Positions 36,440-46,530 of a DNA stretch of 64,000 bases are shown piece by piece. Location of the stretch: contig JAHYYJ010000002.1 in assembly GCA_019425015.1 (NCBI GenBank), positions 118,236 to 182,235 of the forward strand. Reading direction: 5' to 3'. How positions within the stretch are numbered: the stretch's first letter is position 1; each line of letters begins with the position of its first letter. This DNA is from Collinsella sp. Its GTDB lineage: Bacteria; Actinomycetota; Coriobacteriia; Coriobacteriales; Coriobacteriaceae. Under the pieces are notes generated by a model that worked only from the letters and a program-made list of their open reading frames with translations, made no database searches and was not told the DNA's origin. The position numbers were made by a program, and so were the translations under genes.

Positions 36440-38404
36440 CTAGTACATCTTTGCGCCGGCGGGGATGGAGGCGTCGAGCTGGATCAGGTTGAGACGCTCC
36501 TCACCATCCTCCTCGTGGATAGCGCTGATGAGCATGCCGCAGCTGGGAATGCCCATCATCTTGCGCGGAGGCAGGTTGGTGATGGCGAGCAAGGTCTTGC
36601 CGACCAGGTCCTCGGGCTCATAATAACCGTGAATGCCGGAGAGGATGGTGCGGTCGGTGCCGGTGCCGTCGTCGAGCGTAAAGTTCAGCAGCTTCTTGGA
36701 CTTCTTGACGGCCTCGCACGCCTTGACCTTCACAGCGCGGAAATCGCTCTTGGAGAAGGTATCAAAGTCGACGAACTCCTCAAACAGCGGCTCGACGGCG
36801 ATCTTGGAGTAATCGAGCGTGGGCTTAAGCGACTTAACGAACGGGCTCGCGGCGTTGCCGGCCTCGGCAGCCTTGGCGGCAGCGGCACCGGACTGGAAAC
36901 CCTTCTCGGGCTTCATGTGCGGGAACAGCAGCACGTCGCGGATGGAAGCCTGGTTGGTGAGCAGCATGACCACGCGGTCGATACCGATGCCGATGCCGCC
37001 CGCGGGAGGCATACCGTACTCGAGGGCGCGCACGTAGTCCTCGTCGTACTCCATGGCCTCATCGTCGCCACCAGCCTTCTCGGCCATCTGGGCGGCAAAG
37101 CGCTCGGCCTGGTCGACCGGGTCGTTGAGCTCGGAGAACGCATTGGCGTACTCGTGACCGGCGATAACCAACTCAAAGCGGTGCGTCAGGCGCGGGTCGT
37201 CCTCAAAGCGCTTGGCAAGCGGACTGACCTCGATGGGGTAATCGCACACGAACGTGGGGTTGACGATGGTGTCCTCGCCCAGCTCATCGTAGATCTCGGC
37301 GATAATCTTGCCGGCGGTCCACTCGGGCTTAATCTCCAGGCCCTTCTCGCGCGCGGCAGCAGCAAGCTCCTCGACCGGCGTATCGATGGTGACCTGTTTG
37401 CCGAGCACGTCGGAGACGATGTCGGTCATGGGACGGCTGGCCCACTCACCAGAAAGGTCGATGGTCTGGCCCTGGTACTCGATGACCTCGGGGTTGCCGA
37501 TGGCCTTGTTAGCCGCCTTAATGACACCTTGGGCGAGCGCCTTCATGCCCTCGAGGTCGGAGAAGGCACGATAGGCCTCCATCGTGGTGAACTCGGGGTT
37601 GTGGGTAAGGTCCATGCCCTCGTTACGGAAGATACGGCCGATCTCGAACACGCGCTCAAAACCGCCGACGATGCAGCGCTTGAGGTGCAACTCGGTAGCA
37701 ATGCGCAGGTAGCACTCCTGATCGAGCGCGTTGAAGTGCGTGATGAACGGCTTGGCAGTAGCGCCGCCCTGGATGGTCTGCAGGATGGGGGTCTCGACCT
37801 CCATGTAGCCGTCGGACTCCATAAAGCGACGGAAGGTGGAGAGAATCTGCGAACGCTTACGGAAGGTCTCGCGAACGTCGTCGTTGGCGATCAGGTCAAC
37901 ATAGCGCTGGCGATAGCGGGTCTCCTTGTCGGAAAGACCGTGGAACTTCTCGGGCAGCGGACGAACGGCCTTGGCAAGCAGGGTCGCGCTCTTAGGGGCA
38001 ACGGAAAGCTGGCCGCGCTGGGTGCGCACAACCACGCCGGTCACGCCCAGGATGTCGCCCAGGTCGAGGGACTTGAGCGTATTCCAGGCGGCCTCGTCCA
38101 TGTCGTTGATGCGGCAGAACAGCTGAATCTCGGCAGTCGCATCGCGTACGACGATGAACATGATCTTGCCCTGACCGCGCTTGGCGACCACACGGCCGGC
38201 GATCTTCACGACGTCCTCGGTGTCCTCGCCATCGGCAAGCTCGGCGTACTTAGCCTCGATATCGGCAACGTAGTCCTCAAGCTCAGAGTGCTCGGGATAG
38301 GGGTTCTGGCCCGCCTCGAACAGGGCGGCGCGCTTGGCCAGGCGGGTGGCGCGCTCGTCGTTGAGCGTCGATGCCTGATCTGCGGCGTTCTGGTTCTCTG
38401 CCAT
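36440..38404 (-). CDS. lysS: lysine--tRNA ligase (class II) with C-terminal tRNA-binding (Trbp111/CsaA-like) domain
   Basis: The LysRS core ends at LLFPHMKPE. An extra ~150 aa follow with FRAVKVKACEAV..KKLL..LSGI..LVGK..NLPPRKMMGIPSCGML. Confidence 0.9.
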   Translation of the reverse strand: MAENQNAADQASTLNDERATRLAKRAALFEAGQNPYPEHSELEDYVADIEAKYAELADGEDTEDVVKIAGRVVAKRGQGKIMFIVVRDATAEIQLFCRINDMDEAAWNTLKSLDLGDILGVTGVVVRTQRGQLSVAPKSATLLAKAVRPLPEKFHGLSDKETRYRQRYVDLIANDDVRETFRKRSQILSTFRRFMESDGYMEVETPILQTIQGGATAKPFITHFNALDQECYLRIATELHLKRCIVGGFERVFEIGRIFRNEGMDLTHNPEFTTMEAYRAFSDLEGMKALAQGVIKAANKAIGNPEVIEYQGQTIDLSGEWASRPMTDIVSDVLGKQVTIDTPVEELAAAAREKGLEIKPEWTAGKIIAEIYDELGEDTIVNPTFVCDYPIEVSPLAKRFEDDPRLTHRFELVIAGHEYANAFSELNDPVDQAERFAAQMAEKAGGDDEAMEYDEDYVRALEYGMPPAGGIGIGIDRVVMLLTNQASIRDVLLFPHMKPEKGFQSGAAAAKAAEAGNAASPFVKSLKPTLDYSKIAVEPLFEEFVDFDTFSKSDFRAVKVKACEAVKKSKKLLNFTLDDGTGTDRTILSGIHGYYEPEDLVGKTLLAITNLPPRKMMGIPSCGMLISAIHEEDGEERLNLIQLDASIPAGAKMY

Positions 38405-38422
38405 AAGTTAGCTCCTCAAACT

Positions 38423-38455
38423 AAAACGCTCCCCAGGATTCGGTCCCAGGGAGCG
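38423..38455 (-). terminator. terminator of greA
   Basis: CGCTCCC...GGGAGCG followed by TTTTA on the minus strand. Confidence 0.6.
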
Positions 38456-38483
38456 AAAACAAACCTTTACGCGGGACCGTGGT

Positions 38484-38954
38484 CTAGCGTGCAATCTTGG
38501 CGATGGTGTAGACGCGAGTCTTGCCGGAAGGCGTAACGACCTCGACGGAGTCGCCCTCGCCGTGACCGATGATGGCGTGACCGACCGGAGACTCGTTGGA
38601 AATCTTGTGCTCGAGCGAGTTGGTCTCGGTGGTACCGACGAGCGTGACTTCCATGACCTCGCCGTTGGGATCAATCAGCGAAACGGTGGAACCGATGGAG
38701 ACGGTCAGATCACCTGTGGTGGCAGCAACCTGAGCGTTGGCGAGGATGGCCTGGATCTCGGCAATACGAGCGGCGTTCTGGGCCTGCTTGTCCTTGGCGG
38801 CGTCGTACTCGGAGTTCTCCGAAAGGTCGCCGAACGCGCGGGCTTCCTTGATGTCCTCGACGATCTCCTTGGCGTAATCGCCCTCACGCCAAGCGAGCTC
38901 CTCGACGAGCTTCTGGCGGCCCTCAGCGGTCAGTACGATCTGGCTTGCGTCCAT
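38484..38954 (-). CDS. greA: transcription elongation factor GreA
   Basis: ORF 38484..38984. Start at ATG 38954 (MDASQIVLTAEGRQKL) after GGGGAG. Confidence 0.9.
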   Translation of the reverse strand: MDASQIVLTAEGRQKLVEELAWREGDYAKEIVEDIKEARAFGDLSENSEYDAAKDKQAQNAARIAEIQAILANAQVAATTGDLTVSIGSTVSLIDPNGEVMEVTLVGTTETNSLEHKISNESPVGHAIIGHGEGDSVEVVTPSGKTRVYTIAKIAR

Positions 38955-39002
38955 ACGGATATCTCCCCAACTCTGATCAAACAATCAACTGTCAACAAAA
39001 CG

Positions 39003-39035
39003 AAAAAGACCGGCTAGCCTGCGGGCAAGCCGGTC
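39003..39035 (-). terminator. terminator of tatA
   Basis: GACCGGCT...AGCCGGTC followed by TTTTTCG on the minus strand. Confidence 0.7.
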
Positions 39036-39060
39036 AGGTGCTCACCCCAAAGGGATGGGA

Positions 39061-39336
39061 CTACTCTGCGTCCGCGTCGCTGTCCTCTGCCTGCTTCTTC
39101 TTGGCAGCAGCGAGCTTGGCCTCGAGCTCAGCGATCTCCTTGTCCTCCTCGGACTGCTCGACCACGACCTCCTCGGCCTGCTTGGTCTCGGCCTTATCGT
39201 CGCCCTCCATACCCTCACGGATATTCTTGACGGTAGAGCCGAGGGACTTGCCGAGCTTCGGCAGGTTCTTGGGCCCGAAGATAATCAGGACAACGACGAG
39301 AATAATGATGAGCTCAGGAGCCCTCAGTCCAAACAT
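39061..39336 (-). CDS. tatA: twin-arginine translocase subunit TatA/E
   Basis: [33 protein letters not shown]. Confidence 0.9.
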   Translation of the reverse strand: MFGLRAPELIIILVVVLIIFGPKNLPKLGKSLGSTVKNIREGMEGDDKAETKQAEEVVVEQSEEDKEIAELEAKLAAAKKKQAEDSDADAE

Positions 39337-39409
39337 TTAGACCTCCACAATACAGCGAGACAAGCTCGAATGAGTATACCGCGGGTATCGCGGTATCACA
39401 ACAATAGCT

Positions 39410-39437
39410 AAAAAAAGGGACCGCAAGAAGCGGTCCC
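39410..39437 (-). terminator. terminator after tRNA-Pro
   Basis: GGGACCGC ttcttg GCGGTCCC followed by TTTTTTT on the minus strand. Confidence 0.75.
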
Positions 39438-39448
39438 TCCTCATGCTC

Positions 39449-39525
39449 TGGTCGGGTTGACTGGATTTGAACCAGCGACCCCTGCGTCCCGAACGCAGTG
39501 CTCTACCAAACTGAGCCACAACCCG
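39449..39525 (-). tRNA. tRNA-Pro (CGG)
   Basis: CGGGTTGTGGCTCAGTTTGGTAGAGC..., anticodon loop TTCGGGA, encoded CCA. Confidence 0.9.
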
Positions 39526-39574
39526 TTAGCTCGACTATAGTAACAAAGATTTTCGCCGCGTGCTAGAGAAAATT

Positions 39575-40471
39575 TTATTTCTTTGGCGCGTCGATTTGAA
39601 CCGTGTTGGGAATGAGCTCCGTCGCGCAGGACCACCAGCCGTTTTGCTGGGCAGCGTCGGCAAGCCTTTCGGCCGTGGCGGCGGTGTCGCAAATGGCAAA
39701 TGAGCAGGCACCCGATCCGCACACATCTACAGCAACGGTGCCGTCCTGTTTACGCAGCCAATCGAGAACCATTTGAATCTGCGGCTCCATCTGTGCGGAA
39801 ATGGCACCCAGGTTGTTATGGATGAGCGCATATGCCGTCTCGGCATCACCAGCACGCAAGGCAGAAGCTATCGCGCCGGGCTTGTCCGCAGGCACCGGGG
39901 CCTCGTCAAAACGTCGATAGGCTTCAATTGTCGAAACACTTGCCTCGCGCGGCTTGACCAACACGACGGGCGTTGCGGGCAGCGCGGGGTACTCAGTTGC
40001 CAGCACGTCTCCCCCACCTACGTAGAACGCAGGGCTCGCGTGCAAAAAGAACGGGACGTCAGCACCAATGCCCCGCGCAATGTCGTCGAGCGCGGGGTCG
40101 GAGCGATCAATTCCCCAGAGCTCCGCCAAGGCGACAATGACCGCGGCCGCATCCGTCGAGGGACCGCCCAAGCCGGCGCACAATGGAATGCGCTTCTCAA
40201 TCGTCACGCAGATGTTTGCCTCGCGACCATAATGCTCGGCCATAGCAACCGCAGCCCGATACGCCGTATTCTTTTGCATGGGAAAATCTGATGCCGGAAC
40301 CGTTTGGACGGTCAGCGCCTGCGCCGGCGTGACCGTCACGGCATCGGAAAGACCGACGGCTACCATCAGGGAATCGACCCTGTGGTAGCCGCGGTCATCG
40401 CGCTCGGTATGAACCCCCAGGTAGAGGTTAATCTTTGCCGGCGCGGAAAGAGTCAGGGACCGATCGGTCAC
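39575..40471 (-). CDS. ispE: 4-diphosphocytidyl-2-C-methyl-D-erythritol kinase
   Basis: APAKINLYLGV and the GHMP kinase motif GLGGPSTDAAA. Confidence 0.9.
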   Translation of the reverse strand: MTDRSLTLSAPAKINLYLGVHTERDDRGYHRVDSLMVAVGLSDAVTVTPAQALTVQTVPASDFPMQKNTAYRAAVAMAEHYGREANICVTIEKRIPLCAGLGGPSTDAAAVIVALAELWGIDRSDPALDDIARGIGADVPFFLHASPAFYVGGGDVLATEYPALPATPVVLVKPREASVSTIEAYRRFDEAPVPADKPGAIASALRAGDAETAYALIHNNLGAISAQMEPQIQMVLDWLRKQDGTVAVDVCGSGACSFAICDTAATAERLADAAQQNGWWSCATELIPNTVQIDAPKK

Positions 40472-40473
40472 CG

Positions 40474-40770
40474 TTAATGCTCCTCGAGCTGATTGCCGAG
40501 CGGGGTAAAGATATGCTCGCCGCTCTCGGGATCGAACAGCTCGACCTGACCGGTGAGGACATCGATATACTGGTAGGACTGACGCGACTTGCGCCCGCGG
40601 CGCTCGTCGACCTCGACGATAAAGACGGCGGGGTGGACGCTCTTGATGGTGCCCATGCGCTCGACGACGCGGGTGCGGCCCATGTTGGCCTTCACCTTGA
40701 CGCGATCGCCCACCATATCGGTCAGCTTCTCGTGGATGTCGTCGACGTGATTGACTTCCATCTCTTCCAT
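40474..40770 (-). CDS. veg: Veg-family protein
   Basis: ORF 40474..40794. Similar to B. subtilis Veg (KVKANMGRTRVVERMGTIKSVHPAVFIVEVD). ATG 40770 lies 8 nt after GGAGG. Confidence 0.75.
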   Translation of the reverse strand: MEEMEVNHVDDIHEKLTDMVGDRVKVKANMGRTRVVERMGTIKSVHPAVFIVEVDERRGRKSRQSYQYIDVLTGQVELFDPESGEHIFTPLGNQLEEH

Positions 40771-40884
40771 GAACAGGGCCTCCAGAAGGTGCAATTCAAA
40801 AAGGGGATAATACCCCTAAGATAGACAAAACTCTAATACTATAGCACCCTGTTACAAACACGCGCAAGTAGCTAATTTGGCTAC

Positions 40885-41331
40885 TTACAGATTGTCGGTA
40901 TCGAGGACGATGGTGAATGGGCCGTCGTTGACGAGGTCGACCTTCATGTCTGCGCCGAAGATGCCATGCGCTACGTGCTCGACGTCCTCGCGCACAAGCG
41001 TCAGGAAGTACTCGTAGAGCTCGTTGGCGACATCGGGGGCGCCGGCATCCGTAAAGGACGGACGGCGACCATGACGGCAATCGGCAAACAGCGTGAACTG
41101 CGACACCACGAGCACCTCACCGTCGACGTCGGCAAGCGCCAGGTTGGTCTTGCCGTTCTCGTCCTCGTTGATGCGCAAGCCGCGGAGCTTGCCCCACAGC
41201 TTATCAGCCTCGGCGCGCGTATCGCCGTGGCCCACGCCAAGCAACACCAGGTAGCCGCGTCCAATGCGGCCCACGCACTCGCCGTCGACCGTCACGCCGG
41301 CGTTGAGTACGCGCTGCACCACCGCACGCAC
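40885..41331 (-). CDS. dtd: D-aminoacyl-tRNA deacylase
   Basis: MRAVVQRV...LVVSQFTL...[15 protein letters not shown]. Confidence 0.92.
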   Translation of the reverse strand: MRAVVQRVLNAGVTVDGECVGRIGRGYLVLLGVGHGDTRAEADKLWGKLRGLRINEDENGKTNLALADVDGEVLVVSQFTLFADCRHGRRPSFTDAGAPDVANELYEYFLTLVREDVEHVAHGIFGADMKVDLVNDGPFTIVLDTDNL

Positions 41332-41334
41332 GGC

Positions 41335-41976
41335 CTACTCCTCGCCCGTCAGCTTGGCGGACAGATGCTCGAGCGCATGGAATCGATGGCTGATGGCGTT
41401 CTTCTCGTCCGCCGTCAGCTCGGCCATGGTCTTGCCCGGCGTGTCGACCGGCAGGAACAGCGGGTCGTAGCCAAAGCCGTGATCGCCGCGGCCCTCGTGT
41501 GCGATAGTGCCCTCGCAGGCGCCCTCACCATAGGTGACCAAACCGTCCGTGTCGATGAGCGCGACGACGCTCATAAAGCGCGCAGTGCGGTCCTCGTCGG
41601 CCACGCCCTCCAGATTCACGAGAAGCTTGGCGTTGTTGGCGGCATCGTCTCCGTGCACGCCCGCATAGCGCGCGCTATACACGCCAGGCTCGCCGTCCAG
41701 GGCATCAACGACCAGGCCAGAATCGTCGGCAATGGCCATAAGGCCCGTCTCCTCGACCGCAGCCTGCGCCTTGATGATGGCGTTCTCCAAAAACGTCGTG
41801 CCGTTTTCCTCGGGGTCCTCAAAATCGCCCAGCTGGCCGAGCGCCACAAAGCGAACCTCGGGCATGACCTTGCCTAAAATGGCCTCGATCTCGGTGAGCT
41901 TATGGGCGTTGCCCGTTGCCACGACAATGGTCGCCGCCGGGTCGAGGGTGTCGATGTCGATCTTCTCAAGTGCCAT
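41335..41976 (-). CDS. rdgB: non-canonical purine NTP pyrophosphatase (RdgB/HAM1)
   Basis: ATGNAHKLTEI...DDSGLVVDAL.GEPGVYSARY...FGYDPLF. Confidence 0.9.
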   Translation of the reverse strand: MALEKIDIDTLDPAATIVVATGNAHKLTEIEAILGKVMPEVRFVALGQLGDFEDPEENGTTFLENAIIKAQAAVEETGLMAIADDSGLVVDALDGEPGVYSARYAGVHGDDAANNAKLLVNLEGVADEDRTARFMSVVALIDTDGLVTYGEGACEGTIAHEGRGDHGFGYDPLFLPVDTPGKTMAELTADEKNAISHRFHALEHLSAKLTGEE

Positions 41977-42082
41977 GAGTGGTCTCCTTGTCTCTATAGC
42001 AATGCCGCGCCGAGGGCGACGAGGGCCTCCGCCTCTCCCCTCTCAATCAACGGCAGTCTTATACTTCGACGTTTTCCCAGAT

Positions 42083-42122
42083 AAAACCTGCCAAAATAAA
42101 CCTGTCACTTTTTGGTAGGTTA
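42083..42122. terminator. hairpin at the rph stop; short inverted copy of the 11289-11344 element
   Basis: AAAACCTGCCAAAATAAACCTGTCACTTTTTGGTAGGTT, compared with the reverse complement of 11289-11344. Confidence 0.5.
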
Positions 42123-42845
42123 GGCGAGGGCCTGGCGCTGGAGCTCGATGAGCTCGGCGATACCCTTGTCGCCCAGGTCGAGCAGGGCGTTGAGGCGTTT
42201 GCGGTCGAAGGGCGCCTGCTCGCCGGTGCCCTGGAGCTCGATCATCTCACCGGTGTCGGTGGCGACGAGGTTCATGTCGACCTCGGCGTGGCTGTCCTCG
42301 GAATAATCGAGGTCAAGCAGCGTATTGCCGTCGACAACGCCCATAGAGATGGCAGCAACCTGGCCCGTGAGCGGGATGCGCTCGATCTTGCCGGCCTCGA
42401 CCCACATAGCAAGGGCGTCGTGCAGCGCCACCCAGGCACCGGTAATGCTCGCCGTACGCGTGCCGCCATCCGCCTGGATCACATCGCAGTCGACGGTAAC
42501 GGTGTACTCGCCGAGCGCCTTCATGTTGACGACGGTACGCAGGCTGCGGCCGATGAGGCGCTCGATCTCCATGGAGCGGCCCTTACGCTTGGCGTACTCG
42601 CGCTTGCAACGCTTACCGGTCGATGCCGGCAGCATGGCATACTCTGCGGTTACCCAACCGGCCTTGGCACCCTTGCGCCAGCCCGGCACGCCCTCCTCGA
42701 TGGTGGCGGCACAAAGCACGCGCGTGTCGCCGAACTCAGCCAGGCACGAGCCGTGGGCATGTTTCATAACACCACGGGTGAGCTTGACGGGGCGCAGCTC
42801 ATTGGCGGCACGGCCGTTGGCACGGTTGACCTGCATGTACTCCAT
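42120..42845 (-). CDS. rph: ribonuclease PH
   Basis: [35 protein letters not shown]...[19 protein letters not shown]. Confidence 0.93.
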   Translation of the reverse strand: MEYMQVNRANGRAANELRPVKLTRGVMKHAHGSCLAEFGDTRVLCAATIEEGVPGWRKGAKAGWVTAEYAMLPASTGKRCKREYAKRKGRSMEIERLIGRSLRTVVNMKALGEYTVTVDCDVIQADGGTRTASITGAWVALHDALAMWVEAGKIERIPLTGQVAAISMGVVDGNTLLDLDYSEDSHAEVDMNLVATDTGEMIELQGTGEQAPFDRKRLNALLDLGDKGIAELIELQRQALA

Positions 42846-42900
42846 AGAAATATCCTTTCGGCAGAAGAAGAGGGCAAGTCTTTGGACGGTAACCCTACAT

Positions 42901-43785
42901 CTATTTCAGTTCGTCGATATCGACATGCTCGATGCTTTTGAGCGGCTGGCCAAAGATAAAGCTACCCGCCACCGCAAACTCGGCAATGTTGTCAGACGTA
43001 GTGGCAAAGCGATGCTGCGGCTCGGCAGCGTCGCCCGCCAGTTGCTCACGGCGCGTGAGGATATCGGTCAGCTCGCGCGTAGTCTCCTCGGCAGAACTCA
43101 CGACGCGCACCCCAGGCCCCAGCGCATGGCGGATAGGTCCCACCAACAGCGGAAAGTGCGTGCAGCCGAGCACCACGGTATCGATTCCGCGATCGCGCAG
43201 CGGCTCAACCGTGGCGCCGACCAGCGCTCGCACGGCCGGCGTATCGAAGATGTCCTCGTTCTCGAGCCACTGCTCCTGCAGATGCGCACCCGAGGCGAGC
43301 TCGTGCTCGACAACCTCGACAAAACTCGAAGCCGGGCAGCCGTATACGTCGACGCCGGCATCCAGGTCCTGAATGGCACGCGTGTAAGCGCCTGAGCGAA
43401 TGGTGAGGTTGGTGGCGAGCACGCCCACCCGGCGCGTGCGGGTGCTGTTGATTGCCGCGCGTGCGCCCGGCGCAATCACACCGATGACGGGGACGTCGAG
43501 CACCTGCTGGGCCAAACGCAAGGCCGCAGCGGTCGCCGTATTGCAGGCGATGACCATGATCTTGACATCGTGCTTCGACAGCCAACGGCCCGCCTGCAGC
43601 GCAAACGAGCGCACCTCGTCCTCGGTGCGAGTGCCATAAGGGCAGCGCTTGGTGTCGCCAAAGTAGTAGACGGACTCGTGCGGCAACGCCGTCGCAATCG
43701 CGCGCGCAACCGTCAGACCGCCCAGACCCGAGTCGAATACGCCAATGGGGCGCGTGTCCCCGGCCAGATTCTCGATATCGGACAT
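42901..43785 (-). CDS. murI: glutamate racemase
   Basis: [28 protein letters not shown]. Confidence 0.92.
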   Translation of the reverse strand: MSDIENLAGDTRPIGVFDSGLGGLTVARAIATALPHESVYYFGDTKRCPYGTRTEDEVRSFALQAGRWLSKHDVKIMVIACNTATAAALRLAQQVLDVPVIGVIAPGARAAINSTRTRRVGVLATNLTIRSGAYTRAIQDLDAGVDVYGCPASSFVEVVEHELASGAHLQEQWLENEDIFDTPAVRALVGATVEPLRDRGIDTVVLGCTHFPLLVGPIRHALGPGVRVVSSAEETTRELTDILTRREQLAGDAAEPQHRFATTSDNIAEFAVAGSFIFGQPLKSIEHVDIDELK

Positions 43786-43836
43786 TACCTCACCAGTCTC
43801 TCTCGAAAAGACATGTCCAAGTGCGGCGACGCCGCG

Positions 43837-44748
43837 CTACGAACGCGCCGCGACCAGCAGCTCTGCCGTCGCCGCCCAACCGTCGACAATTTTGCCGCGC
43901 GTAACGAAAGCGTTCTCGCAAGCAGCCAGGAACTCGGGCGCGCCGGCGCTCGTCAGGCCATTCTCGACCAGGCAGAACGTGCCCACGTGATCGGCCATGT
44001 AGAAGTCGGACTCGGAATCGCCGAGCGCGAGCGTCTCCTCGCGCTCAATCCCCAGGTGCTCGCAGAAGCGCGCGATGGCAACGCCCTTGTTGAGGCCGGC
44101 GGGATTGATGTTAAACGCGCGACCGTCCTCGACGCGATCGAGCTCGAGCGTCGTCGGCTTGGACAGATGCGTCAGGTGACCGTTACAGGCCCACACCAGG
44201 CCGCAGCCGGCCTCGTCGAGGATGGCCTGCGCCTCGTCATCGGGGATGTCGCCGCGCATGCCGACGGTAACCTCGCGGTACTTGTAACCGGTCGACATGT
44301 CGTTGTGATACTCGATCTTGTGCGGCCAGCGGGCGAGGATCTTCTCGCACACGCCAGTCTGCTCGATCACCTGGTGCGGCGTGAGACCGCAAGATGGGTC
44401 GTAGGGCATATCGCCGGTCAGATACTCCCAATCGTTGGCCTTGAGATCGTACATGACCAGGCCACCCATCTCACCAATGTAAGAGTTGAGGCCGAGCACG
44501 CGCGCGTCCTCGTGGATCATGGTACGGTTGCGGCCCGAGGTGGGAACCACTTGGATGCCGGCGCGGGCAAGTGCCACGACAGCCTCGACGAGCTTGGTCG
44601 AGGGGTTGCCGTCGTTGTCGCGCAGCACGCACGAGCCGGGTGCGAGCATCGTAGCATCCAGGTCGGTAAAGACGTACTTAACCTTGGCCAAGCGCTCGCG
44701 CATCTCGCCCGAAAGCTCGGCGACGGTCGGCAGGGTGTTGTGGGACAT
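43837..44748 (-). CDS. HAD-IIB (Cof-like) phosphatase
   Basis: ORF 43837..44790. FTDLDATM motif I, TSGR, LGDSESDF. Start at ATG 44748 after GGAG. Confidence 0.7.
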   Translation of the reverse strand: MSHNTLPTVAELSGEMRERLAKVKYVFTDLDATMLAPGSCVLRDNDGNPSTKLVEAVVALARAGIQVVPTSGRNRTMIHEDARVLGLNSYIGEMGGLVMYDLKANDWEYLTGDMPYDPSCGLTPHQVIEQTGVCEKILARWPHKIEYHNDMSTGYKYREVTVGMRGDIPDDEAQAILDEAGCGLVWACNGHLTHLSKPTTLELDRVEDGRAFNINPAGLNKGVAIARFCEHLGIEREETLALGDSESDFYMADHVGTFCLVENGLTSAGAPEFLAACENAFVTRGKIVDGWAATAELLVAARS

Positions 44749-44855
44749 GGTTACTCCGTTTACGTAGAAGGGTTTGGGCTTGGACGGCATGTTTTGATTG
44801 AGGGAACACGTTTATGGCGACAGCGCACTCAGGGCGCCTTCGCCATCATAGTTCA

Positions 44856-46418
44856 TTAGTCAAACTGGGTAACATCGATCAGGCGATTGGCCAACGAAAG
44901 GTCGCTCTCGATGGGCACGAACTCGTCGCCCACGTGCATGAGCTCCTCGTCACCCTTTGCCAGCAGCAAGACAATGGTGGGAGCATTGGGGTTGACGTAC
45001 TCCTCGCGCGCCGCCTTGAACGCCGCATGCACAGCGGCTTCACGGTCGAGGATGATCTCGTTCGGCGTATCGTCGGGAACATGCTCGGCAAGCTCGCGAC
45101 AGACCTTCATCGGGTCCTCGTGAGCCGGGTCCTCGTTGGCAAAGATCATCAGGTCGGAATATGGTGCGGCCTCGCGCGGAAGCTGCTCGCGGCGCTCCTG
45201 CGCCTTGCCGCCGGCAGCGCCAAACACTGCAATGACTGGACTAGTGGGAAACGCGCGCTTGACCGACGAGAAAAGCGAACGGAACGAAAGCTGGTTGTGC
45301 GCATAGTCAACGACGCAGATCACGCGGCCGTCCTTCGACTCCACGACCTCCATACGGCCCGGCACACGAAGCTTGGAGAGGCCCTTCTTGATGGCATCGA
45401 TACCGATGCCGATCTCGTGCGCAGCGGCGATAGCGACCAGCGCGTTCTCCACGTTAAAGTCGCCCGCGATGCCCAGCAGGACCTTCTCCCCCGCCTCGGA
45501 CTCGTCGGCACACAGGCCATGCAGGTTAAACTCGATGTTAAAGCCGACCACGCGGACATCGCTTGCCCACAGGCTTGCCTCGGGATGCTCGACGCCAACG
45601 GTCACCAAGCGCTCGGCCGTCGACGCTGCCTCCAGCACACGGTCAACCTCTTCGGTGCCCAGATTCACCACGGCGGTCTTTGCCTGGTCAAAGATCCTGA
45701 GTTTGCTCTCAAAATAATCCTCAAACGTGGGGTGTTCGATCGGCGAGATGTGGTCACGCCCGATGTTGAGGAAGCACGCCACGTCAAACGGCAGATTCTC
45801 GACGCGTTGGTACTTGAGCGCCTGGCTCGAGACCTCCATGACCATGGACTGGCGACCGGACTCACGGCAGTTGGCGATATGGCGCCAGACCTCGGGGGCC
45901 TCGGGCGTAGTATTGGTGCTCTCGTAGCACTCGATGCCATCGTCGGTACTCACCGAGCCGATCATGCCGCAGGATTCGCCCGCTGCCTTGATGATGGACT
46001 GAAGCATAAAAGCGGCCGTGGTCTTTCCCTTGGTACCGGTGATGCCCACGATCTTGACGTCGTGGTCGGGACGGTCGTAGACCTCCGGCGGCAACAGGGC
46101 CATGACCGTGCGAACGCTATCAACAACCAGCATCGCAGCACCGCTCTCCTGCGCCAGCGGCTCCAGAGACTCGACCAGCGACTCTTCGCACACAAATGCG
46201 ACGGCACCCGCATCGAGCGCCATGCTCAAAAACGCGGGCTTAAAGGCAGCACCTTTGCAAAAGAACACGTCACCTGCCGAGACCGCGCGCGAATCAAACG
46301 AGCAGCCGGTCACGGCACGCTCGTCAACCTGCTCTGATGCGCGCAGCTCGCCGCACACGTCGAGAAGCTTGGCAAGCGTATCGACCGTGGTCACGGTCGC
46401 GGAATCCGAATGGTGCAT
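44856..46418 (-). CDS. murE: UDP-N-acetylmuramoyl-L-alanyl-D-glutamate--diamino acid ligase (MurE)
   Basis: Mur ligase P-loop GITGTKGKTT and the VVDYAHN motif. Confidence 0.9.
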   Translation of the reverse strand: MHHSDSATVTTVDTLAKLLDVCGELRASEQVDERAVTGCSFDSRAVSAGDVFFCKGAAFKPAFLSMALDAGAVAFVCEESLVESLEPLAQESGAAMLVVDSVRTVMALLPPEVYDRPDHDVKIVGITGTKGKTTAAFMLQSIIKAAGESCGMIGSVSTDDGIECYESTNTTPEAPEVWRHIANCRESGRQSMVMEVSSQALKYQRVENLPFDVACFLNIGRDHISPIEHPTFEDYFESKLRIFDQAKTAVVNLGTEEVDRVLEAASTAERLVTVGVEHPEASLWASDVRVVGFNIEFNLHGLCADESEAGEKVLLGIAGDFNVENALVAIAAAHEIGIGIDAIKKGLSKLRVPGRMEVVESKDGRVICVVDYAHNQLSFRSLFSSVKRAFPTSPVIAVFGAAGGKAQERREQLPREAAPYSDLMIFANEDPAHEDPMKVCRELAEHVPDDTPNEIILDREAAVHAAFKAAREEYVNPNAPTIVLLLAKGDEELMHVGDEFVPIESDLSLANRLIDVTQFD

Positions 46419-46480
46419 CTTTCACCTTTCTCAGCCACTTGGCAGGGACGGTTTTTATAGTAACTGAAACGCGCCCACGC

Positions 46481-46505
46481 AAAAACGGCTCCCGGAGGAG
46501 CCGTT
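46481..46505 (-). terminator. terminator of asnB
   Basis: ACGGCTCC tccg GGAGCCGT followed by TTTTGCG on the minus strand. Confidence 0.7.
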
Positions 46506-46530
46506 ACGCGCAGGCGTTCGTTAGCCGAGG

